NCBI GenBank assembly: GCA_964464605.1
Contig: CAYXJN010000006.1
Coordinates: 275,981 to 319,681, forward strand
Length of the DNA: 43,701 bases
Direction of reading: 5' to 3'
DNA from: an uncultured Ignavibacteriales bacterium
Lineage (GTDB): Bacteria; Zixibacteria; MSB-5A5; GN15; FEB-12
In this document: in pieces, positions 9,437 to 18,566 of the stretch
How the letters are laid out: each line of letters opens with the position of its first letter
Position numbering within the stretch: position 1 is the first letter of the stretch
The notes under the pieces: generated by a model
What the model was told of the DNA's origin: nothing
What the model saw: only the letters and a program-made list of their open reading frames with translations
The model's database searches: none
Translations under genes and position numbers: made by a program

Positions 9437-9450
9437 TAAAACGATATGGT

Positions 9451-9477
9451 TCAGAACACGGCTTCTGACGCCGATAC
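9451..9477 (+). promoter_or_regulatory. Candidate sigma28-family promoter 2
   Basis: TCAG-N15-GCCGATAC upstream of the GGDEF gene. Confidence 0.5.
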
Positions 9478-9498
9478 GAACGGCGTACGGGGCAATGT

Positions 9499-11112
9499 AT
9501 GCAGTTAACAGCGGTCGCGCTTATCATCGCTATTTTAGCCGGGGCATCGGCATTAGTCTGGCTGTTCTACTACACCTGGAAACAACGGGAAGCTGCCTTA
9601 CATGCGGAACCGTTACCGCAGCTATTACGACGCGGCACACAGGGAAGGAATACCGCGCAAGTAATACCGGAATTTTCCGCTTTGCTGGTTTCTGCGCTTT
9701 CATTGGACCAGCTCTGGTATTTCGAGTTCCGAAAAGAACAGCTCATACTCAGACACAGCCATTCCGGAAAATCGGGAACCGAATTTCCCGAATGGAAAAC
9801 ATCCAAAGCATTAGAAGAACTGCTTGATGCCGAATATGATCTATTCCCGGTCGATGCATTGACGCCCCATATTTCAGAAAATTTCAAAGATTCGATTCGC
9901 ACAAAAAATATCAGCTGGTGGCTTCCGGTATTTTCCGAAGGGACAGTTCATGGTCTTTTTTTGCTGCCGCTTACTTCTTTACCGCAGGACGCGCCCAAAC
10001 GTCAAGCATCGCTGATTGCGCAGTTGTTATCCCTTGTCTATCGGGCGGAAGCAGTCCCGCCTGTTAAAACCGCAACCTCACCGGATGATAGACGGGTGGT
10101 GGCTTCAACCAGACAGCCGCTTGAAATGGGTGATTCGTTAACACCGAATATGTTCAAGCTCGCTCTCAGGCGCGGCCCTGAATCAGTGGTTCCGGTGCTT
10201 ATTAATACCTTGAAAAAGGATTTAGGGGTGGAACAGCTTTCATTGTTGTTCGAGCATGAAAATAAAGAACGAGTCTGGAACAACAGCGGCGATTCCGATG
10301 CCGTTTCGAATCAGATGCTGCTGCCGCGTATTCTTGGCGCGCTTTCGAAATCACAGCAGGGTGCAAACATCTCCGAATTATCCAGGCGGGACCCGGAGCT
10401 TTCCGGCTGGGTGAATGAGATGAACAAACAGGGGTATAGCTGGGCAGTACCATTTTCAATCAGCCAGGAACAGAAGGGTGTGCTATTAGGCAGCGATACG
10501 CCGTCAGTCGCGGGAGCGCAGGAGCGTTTTAGCCGCGCGGCCGGACAAGCCGCGCATATTGTCGAAGTCGCCGAGTATTCACGTCAGCTGCATGAAATGT
10601 CCTATACCGATGCGCTTACGGGTCTGGCGAATCATCGCTATTTGATGCGCCGTCTTGACGAAGAAATCAGCCGCGCCCGCCGCTATCGCCGTCAGTTAGC
10701 CTTGATCATGTTCGATGTCGATGACCTGAAATCGATGAACGACGCTAACGGGCACCTTGCCGGAGACGAACTGCTCAAGCAGATTGCCGCCAAAGTTCGC
10801 AACTGTATCCGGGGAATTGATCTTTTGGCCCGGTACGGTGGGGATGAATTTTGTATTGTCATGCCGGAAGCGGACGAGCAGACTTGCTATCGCTTTATGG
10901 AGCGGCTTCACCGGGATTTAGCGGTAACCGCAATCCAAGTCGAGGGTGTTGCCAATCCGTACCCAGCCTCTATCTCTCAAGGTGGGGCGATTTTCCCCAC
11001 CGCCGGCGAGGATAGCCGGACGCTCTTGCATCATGCCGATATGGCGATGATTAAGGCAAAAAATGCCGGTCGAAACTCCTATTTGCTCTATTCGGCCGAT
11101 TTACACGCGTAA
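9499..11112 (+). CDS. Membrane-anchored diguanylate cyclase with degenerate GAF-like region
   Basis: N-terminal TM; TDALTGLAN, DVDDLKSMND..GH..GD, intact RYGGDEF with RxxD I-site (RGID). Confidence 0.9.
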   Translation: MQLTAVALIIAILAGASALVWLFYYTWKQREAALHAEPLPQLLRRGTQGRNTAQVIPEFSALLVSALSLDQLWYFEFRKEQLILRHSHSGKSGTEFPEWKTSKALEELLDAEYDLFPVDALTPHISENFKDSIRTKNISWWLPVFSEGTVHGLFLLPLTSLPQDAPKRQASLIAQLLSLVYRAEAVPPVKTATSPDDRRVVASTRQPLEMGDSLTPNMFKLALRRGPESVVPVLINTLKKDLGVEQLSLLFEHENKERVWNNSGDSDAVSNQMLLPRILGALSKSQQGANISELSRRDPELSGWVNEMNKQGYSWAVPFSISQEQKGVLLGSDTPSVAGAQERFSRAAGQAAHIVEVAEYSRQLHEMSYTDALTGLANHRYLMRRLDEEISRARRYRRQLALIMFDVDDLKSMNDANGHLAGDELLKQIAAKVRNCIRGIDLLARYGGDEFCIVMPEADEQTCYRFMERLHRDLAVTAIQVEGVANPYPASISQGGAIFPTAGEDSRTLLHHADMAMIKAKNAGRNSYLLYSADLHA

Positions 11113-11164
11113 GAGCATTTTTTAACCTTTACACTCAGTCCGACGTATCATTTACTATGGTAAG

Positions 11165-11191
11165 TAACGTGTTTTCAAAATATGCCGATTT
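11165..11191 (+). promoter_or_regulatory. Candidate sigma28-family promoter 3
   Basis: TAAC-N15-GCCGATTT upstream of the polysaccharide export gene. Confidence 0.45.
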
Positions 11192-11223
11192 AGTATAAAC
11201 CTATTGGAGGATTGCGGTTAGCC

Positions 11224-12195
11224 ATGAAAGTGCACATACGTCTGTTAGTTCTTTTCAGCCTCTGTATGGCTGTTTGCCTTTTGTCCGGCTCTCTGTTGGC
11301 TCAAACTGACGGATACAAAATCGGTCCGGAGGATGTGCTTGAGGTAAAGTTCTGGCAAGAGAAGGAACTCAACAGCACCGTCCGTGTAAATACTGATGGA
11401 AAAATCAGTCTTGATATCGTCGGTACGTTGGATGCCGCCGGCAAAACCGTGGAAGAATTGGAAAATCTGATCGTTCGTCAAATGTCCCGCTTAAACCGGA
11501 ATGTCTCACAGGTAGTCGTCCGGGTTGTTGCCTATAACTATCAGGCGGTCTTCGTTACCGGTCAGGTGAAAACACCCGGGAAGAAAACATTCGAAGTCAT
11601 TCCCGATCTCTGGACTATTATCAACGAAGCGGGTGGTGTTGCCGAAACCGGTGATTTAAGCCGTGTGACGATTATTCGCGGCGGGGAAGATGCCGGTCAG
11701 GTGGAACAGGTAAACGTATCTAAAGCAATTTCCGAAGGAAAAATAAACAAACTCCCCAAAGTCCGCCGTTTGGATACAATCGAAATTCCAAGAACGCCGG
11801 GCGGATTGCCCTCTGCTAATCTGGGTGCTCCGGTAGAACAGCGGAATATTATTTACGCCATTGGCGCCGTGAATGTTCCGGGCGAGAAATCATTCGAAGA
11901 AAATATCGACATCATGGAAGCACTTGCCAAAGCAGGCGGCCCGACGACCAACGCGGATTTAAAACGGGTACAGATTATCACCAAGGATGGCGCCTACGCG
12001 CAGTCGCTGACACTGAACCTCGAAAAATATGCCAAAACCGGAACCCCGGCCCGCTACATCATGCGCAAGGAAGACACCTTTGTCGTGCCGGAGAAAAAGT
12101 CCGGATTTTTGGGACTGGGAACTGCCAGCACCGTATTAGGTTTGATAACCTCGTCGTTGCTTATTTACACAACCGTAGACCAGATTAGAAATTAA
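11224..12195 (+). CDS. Polysaccharide export protein (Wza/OPX-like; Poly_export plus SLBB domains)
   Basis: YKIGPEDVLEV...DGKISLDIVG..AAGKT, VTGQVKTPG, ALAKAGG; signal peptide; GGAGGA upstream of ATG 11224. Confidence 0.9.
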   Translation: MKVHIRLLVLFSLCMAVCLLSGSLLAQTDGYKIGPEDVLEVKFWQEKELNSTVRVNTDGKISLDIVGTLDAAGKTVEELENLIVRQMSRLNRNVSQVVVRVVAYNYQAVFVTGQVKTPGKKTFEVIPDLWTIINEAGGVAETGDLSRVTIIRGGEDAGQVEQVNVSKAISEGKINKLPKVRRLDTIEIPRTPGGLPSANLGAPVEQRNIIYAIGAVNVPGEKSFEENIDIMEALAKAGGPTTNADLKRVQIITKDGAYAQSLTLNLEKYAKTGTPARYIMRKEDTFVVPEKKSGFLGLGTASTVLGLITSSLLIYTTVDQIRN

Positions 12196-12205
12196 TACAC
12201 GAAAT

Positions 12206-13720
12206 ATGTCCGCACCGTCACCGCATCATCCCAAAGCAGTCGATATCCGCGATGTCATCGCCGTCATTGTCAGGAGAAAATGGCTTCTCATTCTTCCGCT
12301 GATATTGGTTGCCGGTGTTGCCTATGGTATTACCTATATGCTGACGCCGTTATATCGCTCTTGGACTATTGTCTGGATCGATAAACCGAGCAACGTCTCG
12401 CAGGAATTGGCTCGTATTATTGGAACCGATCGGTATGAACGGGATAGCCGGGAGGACCGAGCGCGGCAGTTACAGGCGCTGCAGAACAAAGTTACCTCGC
12501 AAGCGTATCTTATCCATCTTATTCGTGATCTCAAACTCGACAGCGATCCGGAAATTATCAAAGCGGCTGCCCAGATGCGGGAAGGGAACAACAATGTTCC
12601 GCTCGATGATCTCAAACTGGGACTGCTTCGGGATAAATTAAAAGACTGCATTGATGTTCAGTTTGTCGGGACGGATCAGATTCAGCTGATGGTCGAATGG
12701 GATGATGCCCAGCTGGCCAAAGATATGGTAACGCGTTTAGCCGGAATTTTGGAGCAGGAAGAATCCCGCAACGAACTCGACCGTATTTTGGGAAATCAGG
12801 ATTTTGCGGATAACCAGTTAAGCGAGGCGGAATTCAATTACAAACAGGCGCTCGACTCCTTGACCAACGCTAAAACGCAACTGACCCGGATGACTTTACC
12901 GGAAAATATCTCCTCAGAATCGAACCGCCGGGATATCACCGCCGATATCGATCGCACCAATTTGGAGATTCAGGATTACCAGCAGGAACTCTCCAAATTA
13001 GAAGCACAGCTTTCCTCGCTCGACTTGGACCGCACACGGTTGAAATTCTCCGATTCTCTCGTTGCCCTTCGCGCCGAAATCGACGGACAGGTGGTGAGCG
13101 TTTCCGAAATGATGGAGCGCTACGCCTGGAACGAACAAAACGTCATTAACGTCAATATCCGTTTGAACACGAACGTTCGCCTGTTGGAAGAAGAGATTAC
13201 CCATGCCGTCGACCAGCAGTTTGCCGCCTATCCCGAAAATCAGCGGAAGCTTTTAGCCCGCTATTTCGTGGTGCATGAAAATATCGACATCTTGAATTCA
13301 AAAGTAGGACAACTACAGTTGTCGTCTCAAAAAATTAATTCCCGAATCAACCAGATTCCGCGTATTCAGGCGCAGGTGGATGAACTTAACCGCCGCGTGG
13401 AGGATCTGCGAAAATACAAAGATGCTTTCCAGGCAGAAGAAACAACGGTTGGTATTTTGTCCGAGCGCGTTAAAGAACGGACTCGCTACAAAGTAATCGA
13501 ACCGGCGCAGATTCCGCTTGCTCCCTATTTCCCTGATCGCAAAAAAATCGTTTTCATGGGCGTACTGCTTGGTCTTGTTATCGGCGGTGGCGTACTCTTG
13601 TTAGTCGAAATCATGGATAATTCATTCAAGCGGGTTGAAGATATCGAAGCCGCCACACAACTCCGTGTTTTGGCGGCAATTCCTAAAATTGAAGCATTGT
13701 CGGTAACGAGTCGAAAATAA
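12206..13720 (+). CDS. Polysaccharide co-polymerase/chain-length determinant (Wzz/GumC, Wzc N-terminal-like)
   Basis: DIRDVIAVIVRRKW plus TM, long coiled coil, VIEPAQIP..P..P, second TM, LRVLAAIP kinase-activating tail. Confidence 0.88.
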   Translation: MSAPSPHHPKAVDIRDVIAVIVRRKWLLILPLILVAGVAYGITYMLTPLYRSWTIVWIDKPSNVSQELARIIGTDRYERDSREDRARQLQALQNKVTSQAYLIHLIRDLKLDSDPEIIKAAAQMREGNNNVPLDDLKLGLLRDKLKDCIDVQFVGTDQIQLMVEWDDAQLAKDMVTRLAGILEQEESRNELDRILGNQDFADNQLSEAEFNYKQALDSLTNAKTQLTRMTLPENISSESNRRDITADIDRTNLEIQDYQQELSKLEAQLSSLDLDRTRLKFSDSLVALRAEIDGQVVSVSEMMERYAWNEQNVINVNIRLNTNVRLLEEEITHAVDQQFAAYPENQRKLLARYFVVHENIDILNSKVGQLQLSSQKINSRINQIPRIQAQVDELNRRVEDLRKYKDAFQAEETTVGILSERVKERTRYKVIEPAQIPLAPYFPDRKKIVFMGVLLGLVIGGGVLLLVEIMDNSFKRVEDIEAATQLRVLAAIPKIEALSVTSRK

Positions 13721-13725
13721 GCAGT

Positions 13726-14847
13726 ATGGAAACCTACCGACTGAATAGCCGTCTGCAGGATCGCGGAAGTGAATTCGTGATTCAAACGATCAATGACCCG
13801 GACAGCGGAGCCGTCACCTCGGCAATCTTCGTGAACGGCGCGCTTTGTGAATCCTCGCGCTACCCTCACCCGACTGAAATTAATCCCGAAGAAGTCATGT
13901 CGTTGGTCAAGATCAAGCATCTGGAAAAAAAACAGGAACTTGAAGCCCTGATTGCCGCAGCACGCAACGTACTCCTGACCAAAAATGTCGAATCGATGTG
14001 CCAGCTCGGAACCGCCTTCTTTTATAAGTCACTCTATACCCAGGCCAAGGAATTGTTCATGGCCGCAATAACAGCAGATTCCGAATGCCATCAGGGATAT
14101 CATTATCTTGGCCAGACTGAACTGGCAATGGGAGATGTGAAAGCCGCGGTTGATGCCGGTGTGCTGGCGATTCGCAAGCGTCCCGGTTACGCCGATTACC
14201 ACAATGCGCTTGGTGAAGCGTATATGGCAGCGGGACATTTCCGCCAAGCCGTCGAAGGATTCGAAGAGGCGATTCGCATCAATCTCTATTACAGCGACGC
14301 CTATTTCAATCTTGGTCTTGCAATGCTTTCCGGCGTGACGGATGAACGTGACCCCGCTTTTTTCTCCAATGCCGTAAGCAAAGCGATGGATTCCTTCCAG
14401 AAAGCGGCTTTGATTTATCCGGAATACAATAATAGAAACTTCGAAGACGGCATTCAGGCGATCCGAACCTCCGCCGCACGGGAAGCTTTGCAGATGATGA
14501 AAACCGTACGGGAAGAAAAACGGGAACGCCGCCGTAATGAGTTTGCGCCGTTTCATATGCGCTTTGTCTTATCGCCCGAATGGATTTCCGACGAAGCGTT
14601 GACCGAACGCATTCAATACTTGCAGTCGCAATTGTCACGAAACCCCACCTATGTCGACTTGCATGCCGAATTAGCCCGCTGCTATCTGGAGCAGGCGAAA
14701 ATTTTCTGGGGGAAAGGTGTGCAGCAATTAAAGCGTACGCTGGAAGTGAACCCGGCGTTGACCAAAACCAGAATTGCCCAGGAAGCCACCGAACGTGAGT
14801 ATGAAACAATGTGCTCGGTGCTTTCACGAATCGTAGAAAAAGGATAA
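13726..14847 (+). CDS. Cytoplasmic TPR protein with an unassigned N-terminal alpha/beta domain
   Basis: Multiple TPRs (YADYHNALGEAY, YSDAYFNLGLA, YVDLHAELARCY); no signal peptide. Confidence 0.75.
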   Translation: METYRLNSRLQDRGSEFVIQTINDPDSGAVTSAIFVNGALCESSRYPHPTEINPEEVMSLVKIKHLEKKQELEALIAAARNVLLTKNVESMCQLGTAFFYKSLYTQAKELFMAAITADSECHQGYHYLGQTELAMGDVKAAVDAGVLAIRKRPGYADYHNALGEAYMAAGHFRQAVEGFEEAIRINLYYSDAYFNLGLAMLSGVTDERDPAFFSNAVSKAMDSFQKAALIYPEYNNRNFEDGIQAIRTSAAREALQMMKTVREEKRERRRNEFAPFHMRFVLSPEWISDEALTERIQYLQSQLSRNPTYVDLHAELARCYLEQAKIFWGKGVQQLKRTLEVNPALTKTRIAQEATEREYETMCSVLSRIVEKG

Positions 14848-14852
14848 ATTGC

Positions 14853-15659
14853 GTGAGCCGTCGCGAAATACCTATTACTGATGTTTTCAATCCGGAAGAC
14901 CCGTACACTACCGAGTTTCGCCGTTTGCTAAATCGCGTCTCCGGCAAAAATGCGACCAGCGATATCAAAACGCTGATGCTCACATCGGCGATGCTGTCTG
15001 AAGGAAAGTCCACTATCGCCGCCTTTTTGGCGATGACCGCCGCGCGGAACAAAAATCTGAAAACGCTTTTGATCGATTGCGATATTCGCCGTCCCACTAT
15101 GCACAAACTGTTCGCCATCCAGCGTGAACGGGGAGTGAGCGATGTATTGCTTGAAGGGATGACGCTCAAAGATGCCGTCCGCAAAAGCAATATGGACAAA
15201 CTCGATCTGATGACCGCCGGACGCGCCGTGCCGAATCCGACCGATGTGTTCGATGCCGACGGTATCAGCAAGATGCTCGATGAACTGAAATTCTATTATG
15301 ACCTGATTATTCTTGATTCCGCCCCGGTGCTGCCGGTCTCGGACCCGATGCTTTTAGGCGCAAAAGTTGACGGCATTTTGTTGGTCGTCAAAGCCGGTGT
15401 TACGCAAAAGGAGATCGTCCAGCGCTCACTTGAAATTATGGGAGGCAGCCGGGATAAATTTCTGGGGATCGTCATGAACAATGTCGATCATTCGCTTCCG
15501 TATTACTATGATTATGGGTATTACGGCTATGAATACCGTGACAATACCAGGCCGCCCAAAGGGCAGGATAAAAAAGGGAATCCACAGCCGGGTAAAAAAC
15601 CGGAATCATCTGGCGGCATGAACAGCCAACACGGCGCTAATCCGGCCCGCAAGGGATAA
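14853..15659 (+). CDS. CpsD/CapB-family BY tyrosine kinase
   Basis: SAMLSEGKST Walker A, LIDCDIRRP, IILDSAP, tyrosine cluster YYYDYGYYGYEY; GTG 14853 after AAGGA. Confidence 0.92.
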   Translation: MSRREIPITDVFNPEDPYTTEFRRLLNRVSGKNATSDIKTLMLTSAMLSEGKSTIAAFLAMTAARNKNLKTLLIDCDIRRPTMHKLFAIQRERGVSDVLLEGMTLKDAVRKSNMDKLDLMTAGRAVPNPTDVFDADGISKMLDELKFYYDLIILDSAPVLPVSDPMLLGAKVDGILLVVKAGVTQKEIVQRSLEIMGGSRDKFLGIVMNNVDHSLPYYYDYGYYGYEYRDNTRPPKGQDKKGNPQPGKKPESSGGMNSQHGANPARKG

Positions 15660-15686
15660 ACCGGCTCGTGTCGGGTACCGTTATCT

Positions 15687-16553
15687 ATGCAGCCCGATCT
15701 CAACATTCTCACTGTTGATTTGGAAGAGTGGTATGTTGCCGAAGCGCTCACTGCGCTTTTGTCCCGTGATGAATGGGAGTCGCTTCCGTCCACTGTCGAA
15801 AAAAACACCCGCATTCTGCTTGATCTGTTTGACCACAAAAATGTCTCAGCGACTTTCTTTATTCTCGGCTGGTGTGCCGATCAACATCCGGAACTGATGC
15901 GTGAAATCGCGGATCGCGGCCATGAAATTGCCTGTCACAGTTATTATCACCGCCGCGTCAGTACCTTAAATGCCGAAGTCTTTCGGGAAGATACCGTCAA
16001 AGCGGTCACTGCGCTGGTGAATGCGACCGGAATAAAGCCGAAAGGGTACCGCGCCCCGAGTTGGTCGATGAACGACTCGACGCCGTGGGCCTTTCAAACT
16101 CTGGCGGAACTTGGTTTTGAATATGACAGCTCGATATTTCCGATCAAACATGACATCTACGGCATGCCGCACGGACCGCGCCACATGTTCCGCATGCAGT
16201 TCGATGAAAACAAAATTCTCTATGAAATCCCGGCTTCGACGATACGATTGATGGGGAAAAATCTCCCGATCGGCGGCGGCGGGTTTTTACGTCATTCCCC
16301 ATACTGGTACACTCGCCAACAGATCCGCAAGCTGAACAAAGCAGGGCATCCGGTGATTGTCTACATTCATCCATGGGAAGTAGACAACAATCCGCCGCGC
16401 GTTGACAATCTTTCGGCATTGCAAAAGTTTCGTTCCTACGGTTCGACTGCCCATGTCGTTTCCAAGCTAGCCCGGCTTTTGGATGACTTTGAATTCACGA
16501 CTATGCACACCTATATTCAACAGCACAGACGTGTACAAATCGGATTTCGTTAA
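15687..16553 (+). CDS. Polysaccharide deacetylase (CE4, DUF3473/PEP-CTERM-locus-associated type)
   Basis: TVDLEEW, ATFFILGW, GHEIACHSYYH, GYRAPSW, YDSS, PIGGGGFLR, YIHPWE. Confidence 0.88.
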   Translation: MQPDLNILTVDLEEWYVAEALTALLSRDEWESLPSTVEKNTRILLDLFDHKNVSATFFILGWCADQHPELMREIADRGHEIACHSYYHRRVSTLNAEVFREDTVKAVTALVNATGIKPKGYRAPSWSMNDSTPWAFQTLAELGFEYDSSIFPIKHDIYGMPHGPRHMFRMQFDENKILYEIPASTIRLMGKNLPIGGGGFLRHSPYWYTRQQIRKLNKAGHPVIVYIHPWEVDNNPPRVDNLSALQKFRSYGSTAHVVSKLARLLDDFEFTTMHTYIQQHRRVQIGFR

Positions 16554-16737
16554 GCCCTTGATTCTCTGGTAGTTTCCGTAAACAAAAAAACTTGACTTTG
16601 CATTGTTACGGGGCAAATTTGACTCCCGGTAAAGCTCATGAACGGCTATCCGCGCATGGCTTGATAAACGGCAATACACGTAGGACGTAATAGATGTTCT
16701 CTCGTTTGACGAGAGAAAAGAACTGCAAGGAGGACTT

Positions 16738-17277
16738 GTGAAATCAATCAAAGTATTAGCTGCTGCGGCATTAATGACCCTGGCAGTTGGTGCAACCACC
16801 AGCGCGGCAAAACTTGAAATTACACCGGCGGTCAATTTGTCATTGCCGATGGGAGATTTCGGTGATTTTGCCAAGCTTGGTTTTGGCGGTTCAGGCGCGC
16901 TTGATTACTTTGTCGCGCCGACCTTTTCAATCGGCGGACTGGTAAGCTATACGACATACAGCTCTGAGTTCGACGGCGTCGACGCAGTCGGCGTAATGGA
17001 ATTCGGCGGTCGCGGCCGTTATCATTTGGGACAGAACGTGGCCGAAGCATTTTTCCTTGAAGGAACGGCCGGTATTCACAGCTACAGCGGCAGCGGTGAC
17101 GGCAGTGATTTCGGTTTTGGTTTCGGCGCCGGCAAGCGTTTCCCGATGGGAGCCTCTGGTAAAACGACCTTAGTTCCCGAAGTACTGTACTACATTGTTC
17201 CGGGGGATGAAGCCGATGCGACCTTTATCATGTTCCGTTTAGGTCTGGCTTTCGGTGCTGGTTCTTCCGCTGAATAA
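16738..17277 (+). CDS. Small outer-membrane beta-barrel protein (OmpA-like transmembrane domain)
   Basis: Signal peptide, G/F-rich alternating strands, PMGDFGD..GFG; strong SD AAGGAGG. Confidence 0.8.
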   Translation: MKSIKVLAAAALMTLAVGATTSAAKLEITPAVNLSLPMGDFGDFAKLGFGGSGALDYFVAPTFSIGGLVSYTTYSSEFDGVDAVGVMEFGGRGRYHLGQNVAEAFFLEGTAGIHSYSGSGDGSDFGFGFGAGKRFPMGASGKTTLVPEVLYYIVPGDEADATFIMFRLGLAFGAGSSAE

Positions 17278-17300
17278 GCAAACGATGAACTGACGATGTC

Positions 17301-17332
17301 AACGCCGTTTCACAAGGAACGGCGTTTTTTTT
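17301..17332 (+). terminator. Intrinsic terminator
   Basis: AACGCCGTT / AACGGCGTT stem followed by T-run. Confidence 0.85.
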
Positions 17333-17444
17333 ATGTGCAGGAATACCATGTAGATAAGACAAAATTCTCGGGATTGCCGAGACCGTTTATGTGTATTATA
17401 TATGGAACATCGACATATGTAAGAAAGCAAAGGAGAAGTACTGT

Positions 17445-18164
17445 ATGTTTCGTGTGTGCCTCATCAGTATTTGCCTTGCCCTGATGGTTACGACTGCCTG
17501 GGCCGGACGAAAAAAGGATAAAGCTGGATCGGTAGAGAACGGTGTTTATACCGATGATTCCTACAGTTTTTCGCTGACTCTTCCGCAAAACTGGAAAAGT
17601 AAAATCTACAACGATAAAGATAATATCCGTTTGTCGATGACCCAGTCGAACTTCGAAGTTCCCAACGATTATATCAAAACGCCGGAACATACCAAAGTCC
17701 CTCGCATTACCGTCTTTTCCGACACGACCAGCATGTCGCTGATGGACTTTATCGATTCACTTGTGAGCTCCTCATACAAGTCCGGTCAGAAAAAAGAGAT
17801 GCTCAAGGAATTCGAGATACTTCATTCCGGGCCGCTTGGTGATGCCAATGTCCAGCCGGTGTCCCCGCGCCGTCGCAGTCCGATAACGGTGGGAGAACAG
17901 CAGGGAGTAATCTGGAGCGGACAGTCCAAGTACATCAAAGAAATCAGCGTTTCGGCTTCCTCAGTCGGCGGTAAACGGGTCGATGCAGCCTACGGCGGTT
18001 CGATTTTGGCACTGAAAAAAGACCGCACGATTGTGGTATTTCATCTGATTTGCGAATGGTTATATTTCCCGGCGCTGGATAAAGATTTACAGGCAGTTGC
18101 CGGTACGCTCAAATGGAACCGCGTCCCAAGCGAAGCAGAAAAGGAAAGCGGAAACGGCGGATGA
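17445..18164 (+). CDS. Exported protein, possibly PsbP/DcrB-like fold
   Basis: ATG 17445 after AAGGAG; signal peptide; YTDDSYSFSLTLPQNW pattern typical of PsbP/Mog1-like N-termini. Confidence 0.6.
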   Translation: MFRVCLISICLALMVTTAWAGRKKDKAGSVENGVYTDDSYSFSLTLPQNWKSKIYNDKDNIRLSMTQSNFEVPNDYIKTPEHTKVPRITVFSDTTSMSLMDFIDSLVSSSYKSGQKKEMLKEFEILHSGPLGDANVQPVSPRRRSPITVGEQQGVIWSGQSKYIKEISVSASSVGGKRVDAAYGGSILALKKDRTIVVFHLICEWLYFPALDKDLQAVAGTLKWNRVPSEAEKESGNGG

Positions 18165-18206
18165 CAGCGAAACGCTGTTAGCCCGTTTTCATAAGGAGAA
18201 CATACC

Positions 18207-18566
18207 ATGTGGATCATACGAATTGTCCTGTTGGCCTTAGTCGTGGTCTGTTTCCTTGCTTTTATTACGTACAATATAGATACCAGCCAGAAAGTAGATA
18301 TCAATCTTATCTATGCAGCCTACCTTGATGTCCCGCTTATCACCGTCGTCTTCTGGTCATTTTTAGCCGGCGGGCTGGTGACACTGGCGCTGATGGTTGT
18401 CTCTTACCTAAAACTTTCCTTCGATTTGCAGGCGGCGAACCGGAAAATCAAAGCGCTCGAATCTGAAGCGGCAATTTTGCGTAACCGTCCGATTGAAGAA
18501 GCCGCCGGCTTGTTTACCCAGACATCGACAAGCGGTGATATCAGCCTGTTCGGAGACAGCAAATGA
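18207..18566 (+). CDS. lapA: LapA-family membrane protein
   Basis: Two TM helices around N...V.I.L...PL...F..G, C-terminal coiled coil; directly upstream of a LapB-like gene. Confidence 0.8.
   Translation: MWIIRIVLLALVVVCFLAFITYNIDTSQKVDINLIYAAYLDVPLITVVFWSFLAGGLVTLALMVVSYLKLSFDLQAANRKIKALESEAAILRNRPIEEAAGLFTQTSTSGDISLFGDSK

Noticed and set aside
14306..15271. 321-aa minus-strand ORF and other antisense ORFs (e.g. 3098-3727, 20962-21417, 29458-29904)
   Set aside because: Shadow frames of well-supported genes with no recognisable motifs
16600..16737. GGGCAAA and hairpin TTCTCTCGT/ACGAGAGAA in the OMP leader as a possible c-di-GMP riboswitch
   Set aside because: Lacks the GNRA-capped P2 and GCAAA/receptor arrangement; more likely a plain stabilising hairpin
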